Shown here: in pieces, positions 24,501 to 35,156 of the stretch | How positions within the stretch are numbered: position 1 is the first letter of the stretch | Layout of the letters: the number at the start of each line of letters is the position of its first letter | Assembly: GCA_964019425.1 (NCBI GenBank) | Contig: OZ025800.1 | Span: 186,001-250,000 of the forward strand | Reading direction: 5' to 3' | Source of the DNA: Flectonema sp. DT1601 | Lineage: Eukaryota | Length of the DNA: 64,000 bases | Translations under genes and position numbers: made by a program | Notes under the pieces: generated by a model | Databases searched by the model: none | Seen by the model: the letters and a program-made list of their open reading frames with translations, nothing else | Told to the model about the DNA's origin: nothing

Positions 24501-27500
24501 TATCACCCCCTTCATCCATTCCATACGCTAGCGGCTCGCTCGTTTCGGCAATCTCCCCTGTAACTTCCTCCATTAGTTCCTGGGAGTTCGCCCCTTCCTG
24601 GCTCTCATAGTTCTCCATCTGTACATCAGCTTCTCCGTCTGTTCCACGCGCTGTCGGTTCGTCATATCCCTCGCGGTCTTCCTCCCGAGCGTTTGCTTCC
24701 TGTGGTACCAGTGGCTCCCTCTTTTGTTGGGCCTCCTCTGGGTCTTGCTCTCCTTCCCACGGTGCTGTCTCCCACGTGGTCGGTCCTGTTGCGTAAAAGC
24801 CCAGTTTTAGACCTTGCTCCCTAGACGTCTTAGGTTCTGTCGGCTCCCTTCTGCTCTTCTGTGGGGCTGCTCCTTCTGAAACCAATCCATTCGCTTGCGT
24901 CTGTGCGCCCTCTGTCGGTTTCACAAGTGCATGCGGTTCTCCCTGCTCGGGATCACGCAACGGCTGCGTAGGCGTCCGCACGTCCTGGCTTGGTGTTGAA
25001 ATAGACACCGGTGGTGAAAGGTTCCTCGCCGGCAGGTTCGACTCTTCTTTTACCGCAGGCGGCGCCTCCGGTTCTTTCGACCGCTCGGCTACTTTCACCG
25101 GGACCTGTAGCAAATCCTGTCCTGTTTCTTGTAGTTTTAATACGGACTGCTGGGGAGCCGGCGGTGCCTGTCGTCTATCCTGGTCCTCCGGTTGCTTTGA
25201 CAGCGTCAATGGCACCGCACTCAGTCCCTGTGGCATCCGCTCGACATTTTCGTGGGGTTTCACAGGCGGCGGTTCCGATAGCGACAGGGATGTGTCCGAG
25301 TAATTCCCTCCTGCGTGCGATCCTGTCCCCGCCGACGGTTCGGTGACGTCTTTCGTCTGGTCGCTCCCGTCCATTCGCATTGGTTCCGTTGTTGAGCCTT
25401 CTGCCCGCTCTGGACTCCGCGCCTCAGACTTGAGCAGCTGGGGCGGCGGCGGCGCCTGTTGCCCACCGTCCCCTTCGGAGCGGTTAGTTTGTACTGGTGG
25501 CGCTTCCTTCGTCTCCTGCGTCAGCTTCGCAATGTCTCCGTTTGATGCTGGCTCCAAAGTCTCGACATTTCCGTGGGGTTTCACAGGCGGCGGTTCCGAT
25601 AGCGACAGGGATGTGTCCGAGTAATTCCCTCCTGCGTGCAATCCTATCCCCGCCGACGGTTCGGTGACGTCTTTAGTCTGGTCGCTCCCGTCCATTCGCA
25701 TTGGTTCCGTTGTTGAGCCTTCTGCCCGCTCTGGACTCCGCGCCTCAGACTTGAGCAGCTGGGGCGGCGGCAGCGCCTGCTGCCCACCGTCCCCTTTGGA
25801 GCGGTTAGTTTGTACTGGTGGCTCTTCCTTCGTCTCTTGCGTCAGTTTCGCAATGTCTCCGTTTGATGCTGGCTCCAAAGGTTTCGGCTCCGACGGGGAT
25901 GGTGGTTGCTCTGCCCTCGGCTTTTCCACATGCAGAACTGGCTCTTCCCTCCTTTCTACCACCGCCTCCTTCGCTACTTGTGTTTTTTGGTCAAAGTACC
26001 GCCGCCTCGCTCGTCCCGATTTATCGTCCATTGGGCGTGGCTTCAGTGCTCGGCTTGTCCGCATGCGGTGGTCTATGGAGAGGAGCTTCTCACTTAACAG
26101 ACCCTCCGTTCCTTCGATTCTCGTATACACCCAATAAAGCGGCCCCGTGCCTGGTCCTTCTTTGCTCCGCACCCGTTCGTCGCTCACACATGCCCATCGG
26201 TTCCTCGGCGTTCTTACCATTGTCATTGCATGTCTCCCATTGCCACATACACTCCCCGTTAAAACATAACTGCGTGGCCCGCTTTCAGTCTCTACCTGAA
26301 AGGCGGCCCTCGTCGTCTGTTCCACTCTCTCCTTCGCGAACAGGATCGGCGGCATCTCGGCGAATCTCCACTGCACAGTGCAGTCTCTGTTTGGCGATCT
26401 ACACCTCTCGCAGATCGTTGGACTCTTCGTCTCTTCTTCGAGCGGCCCTCCTAAGAGGATGATCTTTGCTGTCTCCGGCTTGGTCTTTGGGTCCAAGACC
26501 ATGAAACTCAGCTGCACCTCCTGCCTCACAAACCCACATACACACCTGTGTGTCGCTTTCAATCTGGATTCGAACAGGCTCCTCAGAGTCCCCCCCCACA
26601 CCGCGCATTCCTTCAGTGCCAGGTTATTTAGGATCTGTTTAAGGAAAGCCAATGGCGAACCTCCTGCCAAAGAATACCTTGTTATCTCCTTCCTGACCGT
26701 GTCCGCCGTGAAGTCCTGGATCGTGACTCGTGTCTCCTCCATTAACCCGTCCAGTCTTGGGTGGTCTTCTTTAGACATCTTCCACAGTACACAGGCGAGA
26801 CATCCCCCTACGCACGTTTTATCCGCCGTTTCTTTCTCTCTCATCAACCCTATTAGTGGTGTGGCCCATATTAGGCTGCAGACTGTTGCTGCGGCGTAGC
26901 ACGTCCCTCTCGTGTTCTCAAATCCCCTCACATCCGATGTGGCCCACTTGTCATCTTGTTTTCCCGACGCCTCGTAGGACAATAACGGCCGCTTCGTGAT
27001 GTCTAGGTCCGCCATATCTCGCTCTAGCTGGGCCATCACATCTCTGCCATGTCCTTTGAACCTTGGAACACTTCCTGGCTTGCCTTCCGAAACTACCAGC
27101 TTCACCACCGGGGCGCCCGGCAACCGTCCTGTCTCTTTCGTCGTGGGTCCCGGTCCCTCAGCTCGTGAAGGCTCCGTGATTGCGTTCCCTCGGTCCGGAG
27201 TTGGTCCCTCCGCCGGCGTCCTCCCTCCGACTCCAGATTCCTCAGTTGACGGTTCCTCCGTTCGTGCCTCCCCCGGCTCCCCTGCCCCTCCGTGAGTCTG
27301 CTCCAGTTCCTTCGGCTCCTGCAGGGTGGACCTCGTCCCGCTTTCCGGGGCTTGCACCTCCCTCTGGTTGCCTGCCTTCTGTGTGCTATCTCTTGCAGCT
27401 TGGCCAATCTCCGGCGCAGCGTCCGGTCCGGTAGTCCTTCCCACACTCCGGTCGGCCTCCGACAGTAACCGCCCCGATTCGTCTGGCCCCTCCCCGATGC

Positions 27501-30500
27501 TCCCCATCTTGTCGACCAGGTCTTGTATCTCGTCTTCCCACTCATCCTCCTTGAATATCGGGGGTAGATCCGTACTGATAGGTGCTCCGTCGCCCCCCAT
27601 CAGCAACTCCCCCCTATCTTCGACCGCTCTCGCCCAGCTATACGCTAGCGTTGTTGATATCTCTTTCGACAGTGCCCTCCACGCCTCTGCCGGTCTCCGT
27701 GTCCTCAGAGAAATCGCCTTGATGAAGGCCGCAGCTGCCTCATTCATGGCCCCGTCGCGCGTGAAGACTAGAGGAACGAAAGCTATTCCCTTCGAGCTAC
27801 ACTCCTCCCCGTATTTCTTCACCTTTTCCCTCTCCTTCGCCTGGATGACCCGCCTCGCATCCAAGTGCGATCCCCGGGACAGACTTGTCTGCGAGCATAC
27901 CTCGATGACCGTCACGTCGTACGCCGCCGGTCTTCCTGTCCAGTTTCGTGTCGTTCCCGGCACTGCCTCGCTTACCAGGATGTCGGCCGGTTTCCTCCCT
28001 CCATCTAGGATTCGTTGCGGCTCCATTTCCACGGACATCCCCGTCACCCTTGCCTGCTTCGCCAGGAAATCCCTGACTAGGTTATGGCGTATGGTTGGCG
28101 TTGCCCCCCGGTTACACATCCCTGCGTGCACCCCCCGAGGGTCTAGCTTAGCGTTGCACCTCTTGCATAGCTGTCCCGCCTGTAAGACCTCCAGCCCTAA
28201 ATGCGCCCTGATCGCGGTCCGGAAAATTTGTGACGGCATCACGGTTCCCGTGTCGCTTGCCTCCGCCAACCACGCACTCGCCCTCGGCATGGACACCGCT
28301 CTGAAGTGTGCAAGTCTTTCTCGGTCTCCGCTCCCCTTCAGGTCGTTGACCATCTTCGTTTTCAGCGAGGCGTCGATCTTCATTGACAGCTCTCTCTGTC
28401 GCACTACCTTATCGAGGTCCAGGTCGCACTCCTCCGAGGTCTCCAGCGTCAGCGCTTTACACACCCCACTCCACTCCTCAGGGTCGACTTGGTATTGGGC
28501 GTCCAGCTCCACGCACAGTTTCCTCGTCGCAGTGGCCGACGCTGCTCTGCCCGCCGCCGCGTGTCTCCCACAGTTTCGCAGGCCCACCCCCCCTTCCCGC
28601 AAAGGTAGCTCCGCCTGTAAGTGCGCCCGCTCATCCATATCCCCACCCACGAGACCCCGCAACACGCTTCTCACTACCGCATCGAAATCTGCCAGACCTG
28701 ATCGCTGGTCCTCCAGGTACATTGACCTCATCAAGTATACCATCTTCCCATACGAATGGCAGTATCGTAGCTGGGTCAGCGCTACGTGCCGATCCGGTAG
28801 CATCGTCAGTGACTCGCTTACTTTCTTCAGCTTCGTCACGTACTGCAGCAGGTATTCCTTGCAGTAGCTCCCACTCCCTACCGGTAGCTTGAGAATGGTG
28901 AAGTTTCCCTCGGACTCTTGTTTCACCTTCTCCAAGCCCCCCTTCGGTTCCAGGCCCACCCGCAGAGGTACGAATACGCACTTCGCCTCCTTTACCTTTA
29001 GCCCCAGGCTTGATGCCTTTTGAACCAGGTAGTCGTACGCCTTCGCTAGTTCGTCTACGCCTCCCATCAACACTCCATCGTCTAAGAACCAGAGGCTTCC
29101 ATCCAGTCCCATCTTCTTGAGTCCCTCCAGTAGGCTTTTTATCCCGAGTGAGAAAAGGAGAGGCCCCGCCGGATCCCCCTGTTGGGCCCCCTCCCTCGAC
29201 GGAATCGTGGTATCCTCAAAAAAGAGGCTCGTCGGTCTCTCGTAACACCACGATGCCAAAGGCAACAGTTCCGGCAGCGTGGACGCCAGCTCACGCAGGA
29301 ACACCGCCCTCGAGACACAGTTAAAAGCGTTCTCAAAATCAATGGTCAGGATTGCCTTGTTGGCCCCCCTGTTCCTCCTCGCGTAGTCCCGTACTATTGC
29401 GTACACCGCCTCCACCCCACTGGGTACCGCCACCCCCAGCTGTCCTCCTGGCTTTAAGAGGTTTGGTATCTTGGGCCTTATTTTTGCTAGCACTATCTTC
29501 CACGCCCACCTCCGCAGTGATTCCCCTACTGCTATTGGTCTATACCCGGTCGGCTCTTTCTTCAGCGCGATCAGGCGAGCTCCTGCCAACACCGGTGCCG
29601 CCTCATAAGGTACTTTCCCTCTTACCAGTAGCTCTAATGTAGTGCAGAGCGTTGGCATCAACCCTCGCAGTCCCGTGTCGCACGCTTGCTTCAGGAGCTC
29701 CACGCTTAATCCCGACGGTCCGGCCCCCGTGTCCTTCGGGAATGTCTTCAGCGATGCTAGTGCTTCCTCCGGCGACACTACTGTGTTCCCCGTTCTCACC
29801 CCCTCCAGGTCTATCTTCTCGTGCATGGGACTCGGGTGGATGGTCTGCATCGCCGCCAGGACTTCCGGCGCGTTCGGCGCTAGCCCGCTCGACACCAGGC
29901 ATTTATTAGCCTGCGCGTACCTCCCTCTCCTGCTCAGGGCGCAGCACCGCTCATACCGTTCTCCCTGTGTCGTTTCCTTCTCCCGTCGTCTTTTGTTCCT
30001 CTTTGCCCTCGTGCTCCACATCGCTACATACTCTCCCCTCAGCCATCCTTCCAGCCTGCTCGTCAGCCTCTCCCTATGCGTCTCTGTCCCCTTCTCATCC
30101 TTCCGCACCGCCGGCGTTCCCAGGCATGCTTTCGGGAGCATCAATAGCAGCTTCCATGCCCGCGGGTCATTCCGCTGTGCTATCCGTTGCAATGTTGCCA
30201 TGAGAGCTCTCGCCCACAACATCGTCAGCCTCTCGTCCAACTTTTTTGGCACCACTACCTGTGCCGCCCCTATCTCCTCCCACGACGGCAGCTCTCCAAG
30301 CTCTTTTTCGTCTGGCCACGGGGCGTTCTGAACCTCTTCCTCCCCCCCATCTAGCGCCATGGCTTCTCTACATCTCGGGTGGACCCCGGTGCTGCTTCCC
30401 GTCAGACACCCACACATCGTGCATGGTCGCACCCCCATCGCCTGCTGCTCCGCCTCCGTGAGAGGGCGATCTGACAGGAGGTGCTCCTTGTTCAAGTGGC

Positions 30501-31624
30501 CTAATAGTCCTCCCCAGTTCTTATATCCCTCAAATCGCTGGGCGCGTGATCGCGAGCATTCTCCCCTGGGGCAGTAGTAAGGCCCAGACCCCCTCAGTCC
30601 CGCGCTTGGTCCCGTCCCCAGGCCTATCCTCACCGCAGCCTCTTCAGCCGTTTGTTCGGAGAGCTTCAGCACATACACCGCCTCGGCTCTCTCCTCCACC
30701 CGATTGAGCATTTCGGCGTCCGCTTGGAGCACTGCCTCGTAGTGTTCTTTATCCAGCACTATCCACAGCGGGATGTCCTCAGTCCTTCTCAGGGGCAGCA
30801 TCTTTAGGAGTCTCCCCGCCTCCCACACTATGATCACTACTCCCATCTGGTCCGCCGCAACCTGCAGCGCTACGTTGTCCCCCCATCCCTTGTTCTCCAG
30901 TCGTACAGCGTAGTCCTCCTTGGCCAGTCCGTTGACGAACCATTGGTCCGTCCTCTCTTCACCTCTCATGTATTCCGCGAGTCTCTTCCGCAGCACCCTC
31001 GCACCCACTCGCCGATTCCATTCTCCCTTCGCCAGTAGGATTGCTCGGAACATACAGTCCCCATCCCCCTTAGTCTTGGTTACACTGACTCTCGGGAACT
31101 CCCTCTGTAGCTCTATGGACGTGCTTGGCGTTGCTTCCCCCTCCACCTCTCTGGAGCTGCTCAACTTCCTACACCTTGGGTGCATACTGGCCGTCCCCTT
31201 CATTGCTCGTCCGCAGTGTCCGCACGCCTTCATGCCGCAGTCAGCCCACTGGTCCTGTCCCAATTGACCTTTATGCTTCCCATCTATGTGTGCCAGCAGG
31301 CCATTCTCCGTCCCAGACCACTCACACACTGGGCAGCTCGCACCCCCACCTCTCATCTCGTGGGGTTGCTGCTTGCAACTGCTTCTCGGCTTTGACGTCG
31401 ACTGTTCATCTTCCGGCGCTCTCTCTTCCTTTGTTCGTCCCCCACTTTTCGTTTTCCGGGCCTTTTCCCGCTTCTTCTCTTGTTTCTTGTGCCATCGCGC
31501 TGGTGGACTCAGTCTCCACCTGTCGCTCGCCCGGTTTGGCCCCCTCACCTGTTGCGTGATTTCTTCCTGATACCTCTCGGTCTCATTCGTTCCCGCGCAA
31601 CCCACTAGCTTTGGCTGGGGGAAT
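21544..31624 (-). CDS. Element 3 polyprotein (~3360 aa): ZnF - OTU - ZnF - RT - RLE - USP - repeats - USP - 2x RNase H1 HBD - 2x degenerate RNase H-like - ZnF
   Basis: RT: YRPIAVGESLRR, IDFENAFN, QQGDPAGPLLF, WFLDDG. RLE: CKRC...HAGMC, RHN, PAD, YDVTV, KEREKVKKY. OTU: GDGDCMFRA...WG...HYEA. USP: GFENTRGTCY and GLTNLGDSCYLNA...QQDA...VVVHQG...GHY...DD. Confidence 0.9.
25241..25881. repeat. Two near-identical 321-bp (107-aa) in-frame tandem repeats within the element 3 ORF
   Basis: LEPASNGDIAKLTQETKE...LSEPPPVKPH occurs twice; TCGACATTT at 25241 and 25562. Confidence 0.92.
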
Positions 31625-32747
31625 AAGATAGCGCGCTCAAGCTCAGACATCACCAGAGGTCCACAAGCACCTGCGTAATCACTTGGCTTCAGCTTCGGAG
31701 ATTTCAAACGTTTCCTGACAGAGGTCTTAACGAACTGATCGAGAAATTTACTGGGGAGTTGGTCCTCACTGAATTCAGGGATTTGGATGTCTTGACCCCC
31801 ATCGGCATCCAGGTCCTTAATCTTCTTGAAGGCGAATGCAAAACCTTCACCTTGTGCAAGTTTCTCAGCAACGAACTTTCCCTTCGCTTGTTTGGTCTCA
31901 GGGGTTGAGGAATTCCACAATCTCCTCCTCTTACCCTGGATCCTGAGCCTTCTGCGGATGTTCTTCTTCGCCACATGAAGCAGGATACGGTTAAATGTTG
32001 CCGCTCTGATACCCACCTTCGGAGGACTGTTCACCTTGCTAAGTCGGTAGTCCAAATCAAGACGGAACGAGTACCAATCAGCTGTATTAAAGTCCCAGAC
32101 TGATTTTTTCGATGCCTGGTTGTTCACTGTTTCCAGCGGTGAGAACGTGTCAAAGACTGCAGCAAGAGGTAAGTGATCAGACCCATGTTCAGAGCCATCA
32201 CCAATTAACCCGAAGTGTAGTAATTGTAACTCCTCGTGGTGGAGGATTGCATCCGGTGAAGTCCCGTGTCTCGGCAACGTTACAAATCCCGGATCGTTTG
32301 CAATTAGAAGGTTATTAGATCTGCACCACTCCAGAAGCTGGCAGCCCTTCGTATCCGTCTTCTTTGACCAGAGTTTATGATGAGCATTGAAGTCACCAGC
32401 AAATATAAACCTTTCGTCACGCTTCAAAGGGAAGAGATCAAAATCTATCTTAGAACTTGGCGGCGAATACACGTTGAGAACATTTACCTCATCATTAATC
32501 CTGACACCCAATGTCTCAACAATTCCTCTAACCGAAGGGATACAGACTTCATAGCAAGCATGCTGAAGGCCTCTCTTCACCATGGTGATTATACCGCCAC
32601 CTCTACCCGGTCTATCTCTCCTGTACGTGATGTAGTTCCAGTGGTACAGAGGCTTCCGAACTGAAGTTTCCTGTAGGCATAATACATCAGGGCTATACTT
32701 ACCCAGGATGTTTCCTATGAACTCCTCTCTTCCGTTGATCGTTCTGC
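31625..32747 (-). CDS. Element 2 ORF, 5' part: apurinic-like endonuclease (APE) and linker
   Basis: PDVLCLQET, GGG, NVYSPP, AGDFNAHH, TSPD and GSDHLP motifs. It starts at CRTING, i.e. lacks the first few APE codons. Confidence 0.92.
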
Positions 32748-32776
32748 AATAAATAAAAAAAAAAAGAAATTTATAT

Positions 32777-32858
32777 GGCGAGATGGCCGAGCGGTCTAAG
32801 GCGTTGCGTTTAGGCCGCAATATCTTCGGATGCGTGGGTTCAAACCCCACTCTCGTCA
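32777..32858 (+). tRNA. trnL-TAG: tRNA-Leu (anticodon TAG)
   Basis: GGCGAGA/TCTCGTC acceptor stem; A box TGGCCGAGCGG; anticodon arm TTGCG-TTTAGGC-CGCAA; long variable arm; B box GGTTCAAACC. Confidence 0.96.
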
Positions 32859-32859
32859 G

Positions 32860-32864
32860 TTTTT
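32860..32864 (+). terminator. RNA polymerase III terminator (T5)
   Basis: TTTTT one base after the tRNA discriminator. Confidence 0.8.
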
Positions 32865-33438
32865 CAAGATGAAAATCCTGTTTAAAAAATTACTCATAAG
32901 TTTTAAACACTTCAATTAGCTGACCTAGCCGCATATTCGCTTTGTTTTGTACTCCAGCAAAAACATGGGCGAAGGAGTTAGAAGGGGTGACAGATGATCC
33001 AAGCAAACACGCAGGTCAGTGAACCTCATCTATGCCCAGCGAGGGACACGTTTTTGAAGATCTGACCGCAGATGCAAGGAAACATAACAGAATAGAGAAG
33101 AAAAAAAATAGAACCAAGAAATCAAAAAAACCGACACAGAGTACCGAAAATGAAGCCTCATCGTTCGTGGCTTCCCAAGTTTCTCAGGAAAAAGGAAAAG
33201 AGTAAACCAAAAAAAAAAAATCGACTGATGACAATGCAAATAGAATTGTATTCAAAGCGTTTCTTCAACAGCGAAATTACGTTGGGAAATGGGAAGAGCT
33301 CGCATCGGTTGATGCCAACTGAATTGAATATTGCGAATATTAAGTTTTGAATATTGTGACGTGAACTTGTATTTTTTGTCGTGCTCATTAAATGAGCACG
33401 ACAGGCAGTGAGGAAATTCTTTCAAAATATAAGTTTAA

Positions 33439-35156
33439 CCCTTTAAGCCCTGAAGGCCACTATAGTGGCCTTTCGCGTTTTTTTTTTTTTGACAAAGGGG
33501 AAAAATGTACCTTGTGAGTATAAGGGTGGAGCCAGAGCTGCCCAAAAACGACAAATTTTATGTGGGATCGTGCTGCAAAAATCACCAGCTTTTTCTGAGA
33601 AAAAGTTCATTTTTTTTTTTCTGCACTGGGAACAGTCTTAGCCAGGTTGCCCATGACTATCCCATGTTTTCAGCCAAAAATTAAAATCCCTAAAACTATT
33701 TCCATCGAAAATGATTCAGTAGGGTCACCTATCCCAGATTCGGGTGCTCCTGAGTCTTCTTCGAGCGATGAAAAGAGTACAATAGAGCCAAGCATTTCCC
33801 CTCTGAAATGGAGCAAGAAAATCACCAAGGTAAGACGACACACGTTTCGGCGGTCCTTGCAGGACATGTCAGACCTGAAATTGATGAAGGAACTGCAGAA
33901 ATTTGAACTTGTGTTCACCCCAAAGGTGATGAGATGATTTCGCACTGCAGCAACAACTAGGCACTCAATCTTAACGTAGCTGAACTCAAACTCTCTTTAG
34001 GACTCAATATCCTCGTGGGTCTCTGTGATAAGCCAAATATCCTAAGATTACAGGAACGGTACATCAGACCCAGCGTACACACCCCACTTCGCTTCCTGAG
34101 ATCGGTTCCTCTAAATTTGAACCAATCTAAAGTTTTACACTGTCACCAACCCCGTACCTACTGACAAGCTCTACAAAATCCGCAGCTTTTGGGAAACAAT
34201 AGTTCCCAAATAGTCCGAGATCAATAAGGCGGAGGCGCAGGGACGGGTGGAGAAGTTCTCTGCCTCGTACTTTCAGTCCTAGCACAATGTGCATCACATA
34301 AATTCAGGGACAATCCAAAAGAAGTACATGTCTTCAGCACATTGCCTCTCGAGGAGAATTATGAGACAGCCACGTGATGGACTAAAATAAGGAAATCTAT
34401 CAAAAAGTGACTATCGACTTACCGGTACAGATCCATCAGTACAACAAACTGATGGGTGGTGTTGACCTCGTAGACGGTATCAGGGGGAAGGCAAGAAGAA
34501 CTCTGATGACAAAACGCTGGACCCTGAAAGTCTTTCACTACTTGTTAGAGATTTCTATCTTCAATGTTTTCACCCTCCAAAAGAAGTCTGAAAAAGACGT
34601 CGGGACATATGCTCAGTTCAAAAAGAGGCTATGTTCTCAACTTATTGATCACGGAACACACCAAACTCACACAAAATGTCACTACCTACGAAAATTTGAT
34701 ATTTTTGGGGACTGCAGTTCACGGATTTGTTCTCAAAAAAAGTAAGGTCATCGATTTCTTGTTCAAAAAGCGAGGTTTTCTTATGCATGGATCCCTGCTT
34801 CGAACAATATCACGAAAATATTGACAAGTATTCAGCCCCTGTTTGCAACAACCATACCTTTGCTACACACAATCATATCCCACCGAAAAACATGAAACAG
34901 AAGCACTCTACTCCTACAACATTGCCAAAATCAAAGCGAACCCAGGGGTCCTAAGTAACAGTGTTTTTTTAGGCTGTTGTTGCATTTTCTCAAGTTATTT
35001 TGGCCCCCTTGCGGGCTGACCTCAGTTTTTTTTCAATGCGCGGGGGGGTGTCTTTCACCCTGTAATTTTTTTGTATTTTTCCCCACACCCCTTTTCCCCT
35101 TTGTCAAATTTTTCGATTTTTCTCAAAAACAGGGTTTTTGGCCTCTTATTAGAGGG
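33439..35156 (+). mobile_element. Defective (internally deleted) piggyBac DNA transposon, 1.7 kb
   Basis: TTAA at 33435-33438 and 35157-35160. Ends CCCTTTAA.../...TTAGAGGG with imperfect TIRs; transposase remnants inside. Confidence 0.9.
33900..34894 (+). pseudogene. piggyBac transposase remnant (stops, frameshifts, central deletion); boundaries approximate
   Basis: ELKLSLGLNILVG, DKLYKIR, YNKLMGGVDLVD...TKRWTLKVFHYLLEISIFN and a frameshifted Cys-rich tail CSKSEVFLCMDPCFEQYH. Confidence 0.85.

Larger units (their letters stand above)
21135..31624 (-). mobile_element. CRE-clade (RLE-type) non-LTR retrotransposon, 10.5 kb (element 3), nested in element 2
   Basis: A9 tail at 21135-21143; 3' UTR 21144-21543. 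The 5' junction at 31624 coincides with the break in element 2's RT N-terminal motif and with a compositional shift. No TSD evident. Confidence 0.9.
18192..32747 (-). mobile_element. APE-RT-RNase H non-LTR retrotransposon (Ingi/I-group-like; element 2), slightly 5'-truncated, interrupted by element 3
   Basis: (TAAA)n tail at 18192-18216. TSD AATAAATA(A)nG at 18175-18191 and 32748-32766, differing only in homopolymer length. ORF halves rejoin as ELERAIL|KVKAGKAPGPDG. Confidence 0.9.

Noticed and set aside
26996..31570. Long plus-strand ORFs (e.g. 513 aa at 27326-28867) and other antisense ORFs in elements 1-3
   Set aside because: Shadow ORFs of GC-rich, purine-skewed coding sequence with no motifs.
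32748..32850. N-terminus of the 3768-aa ORF (MGFEPTHPK...)
   Set aside because: It is the antisense of the tRNA-Leu gene plus the A-rich TSD, starting at GTG; not genuine coding sequence.
21544..32850. Single Dualen/RandI-type dual-endonuclease element
   Set aside because: The APE belongs to element 2, whose RT motif rejoins exactly across the insertion and which has its own tail and TSD.
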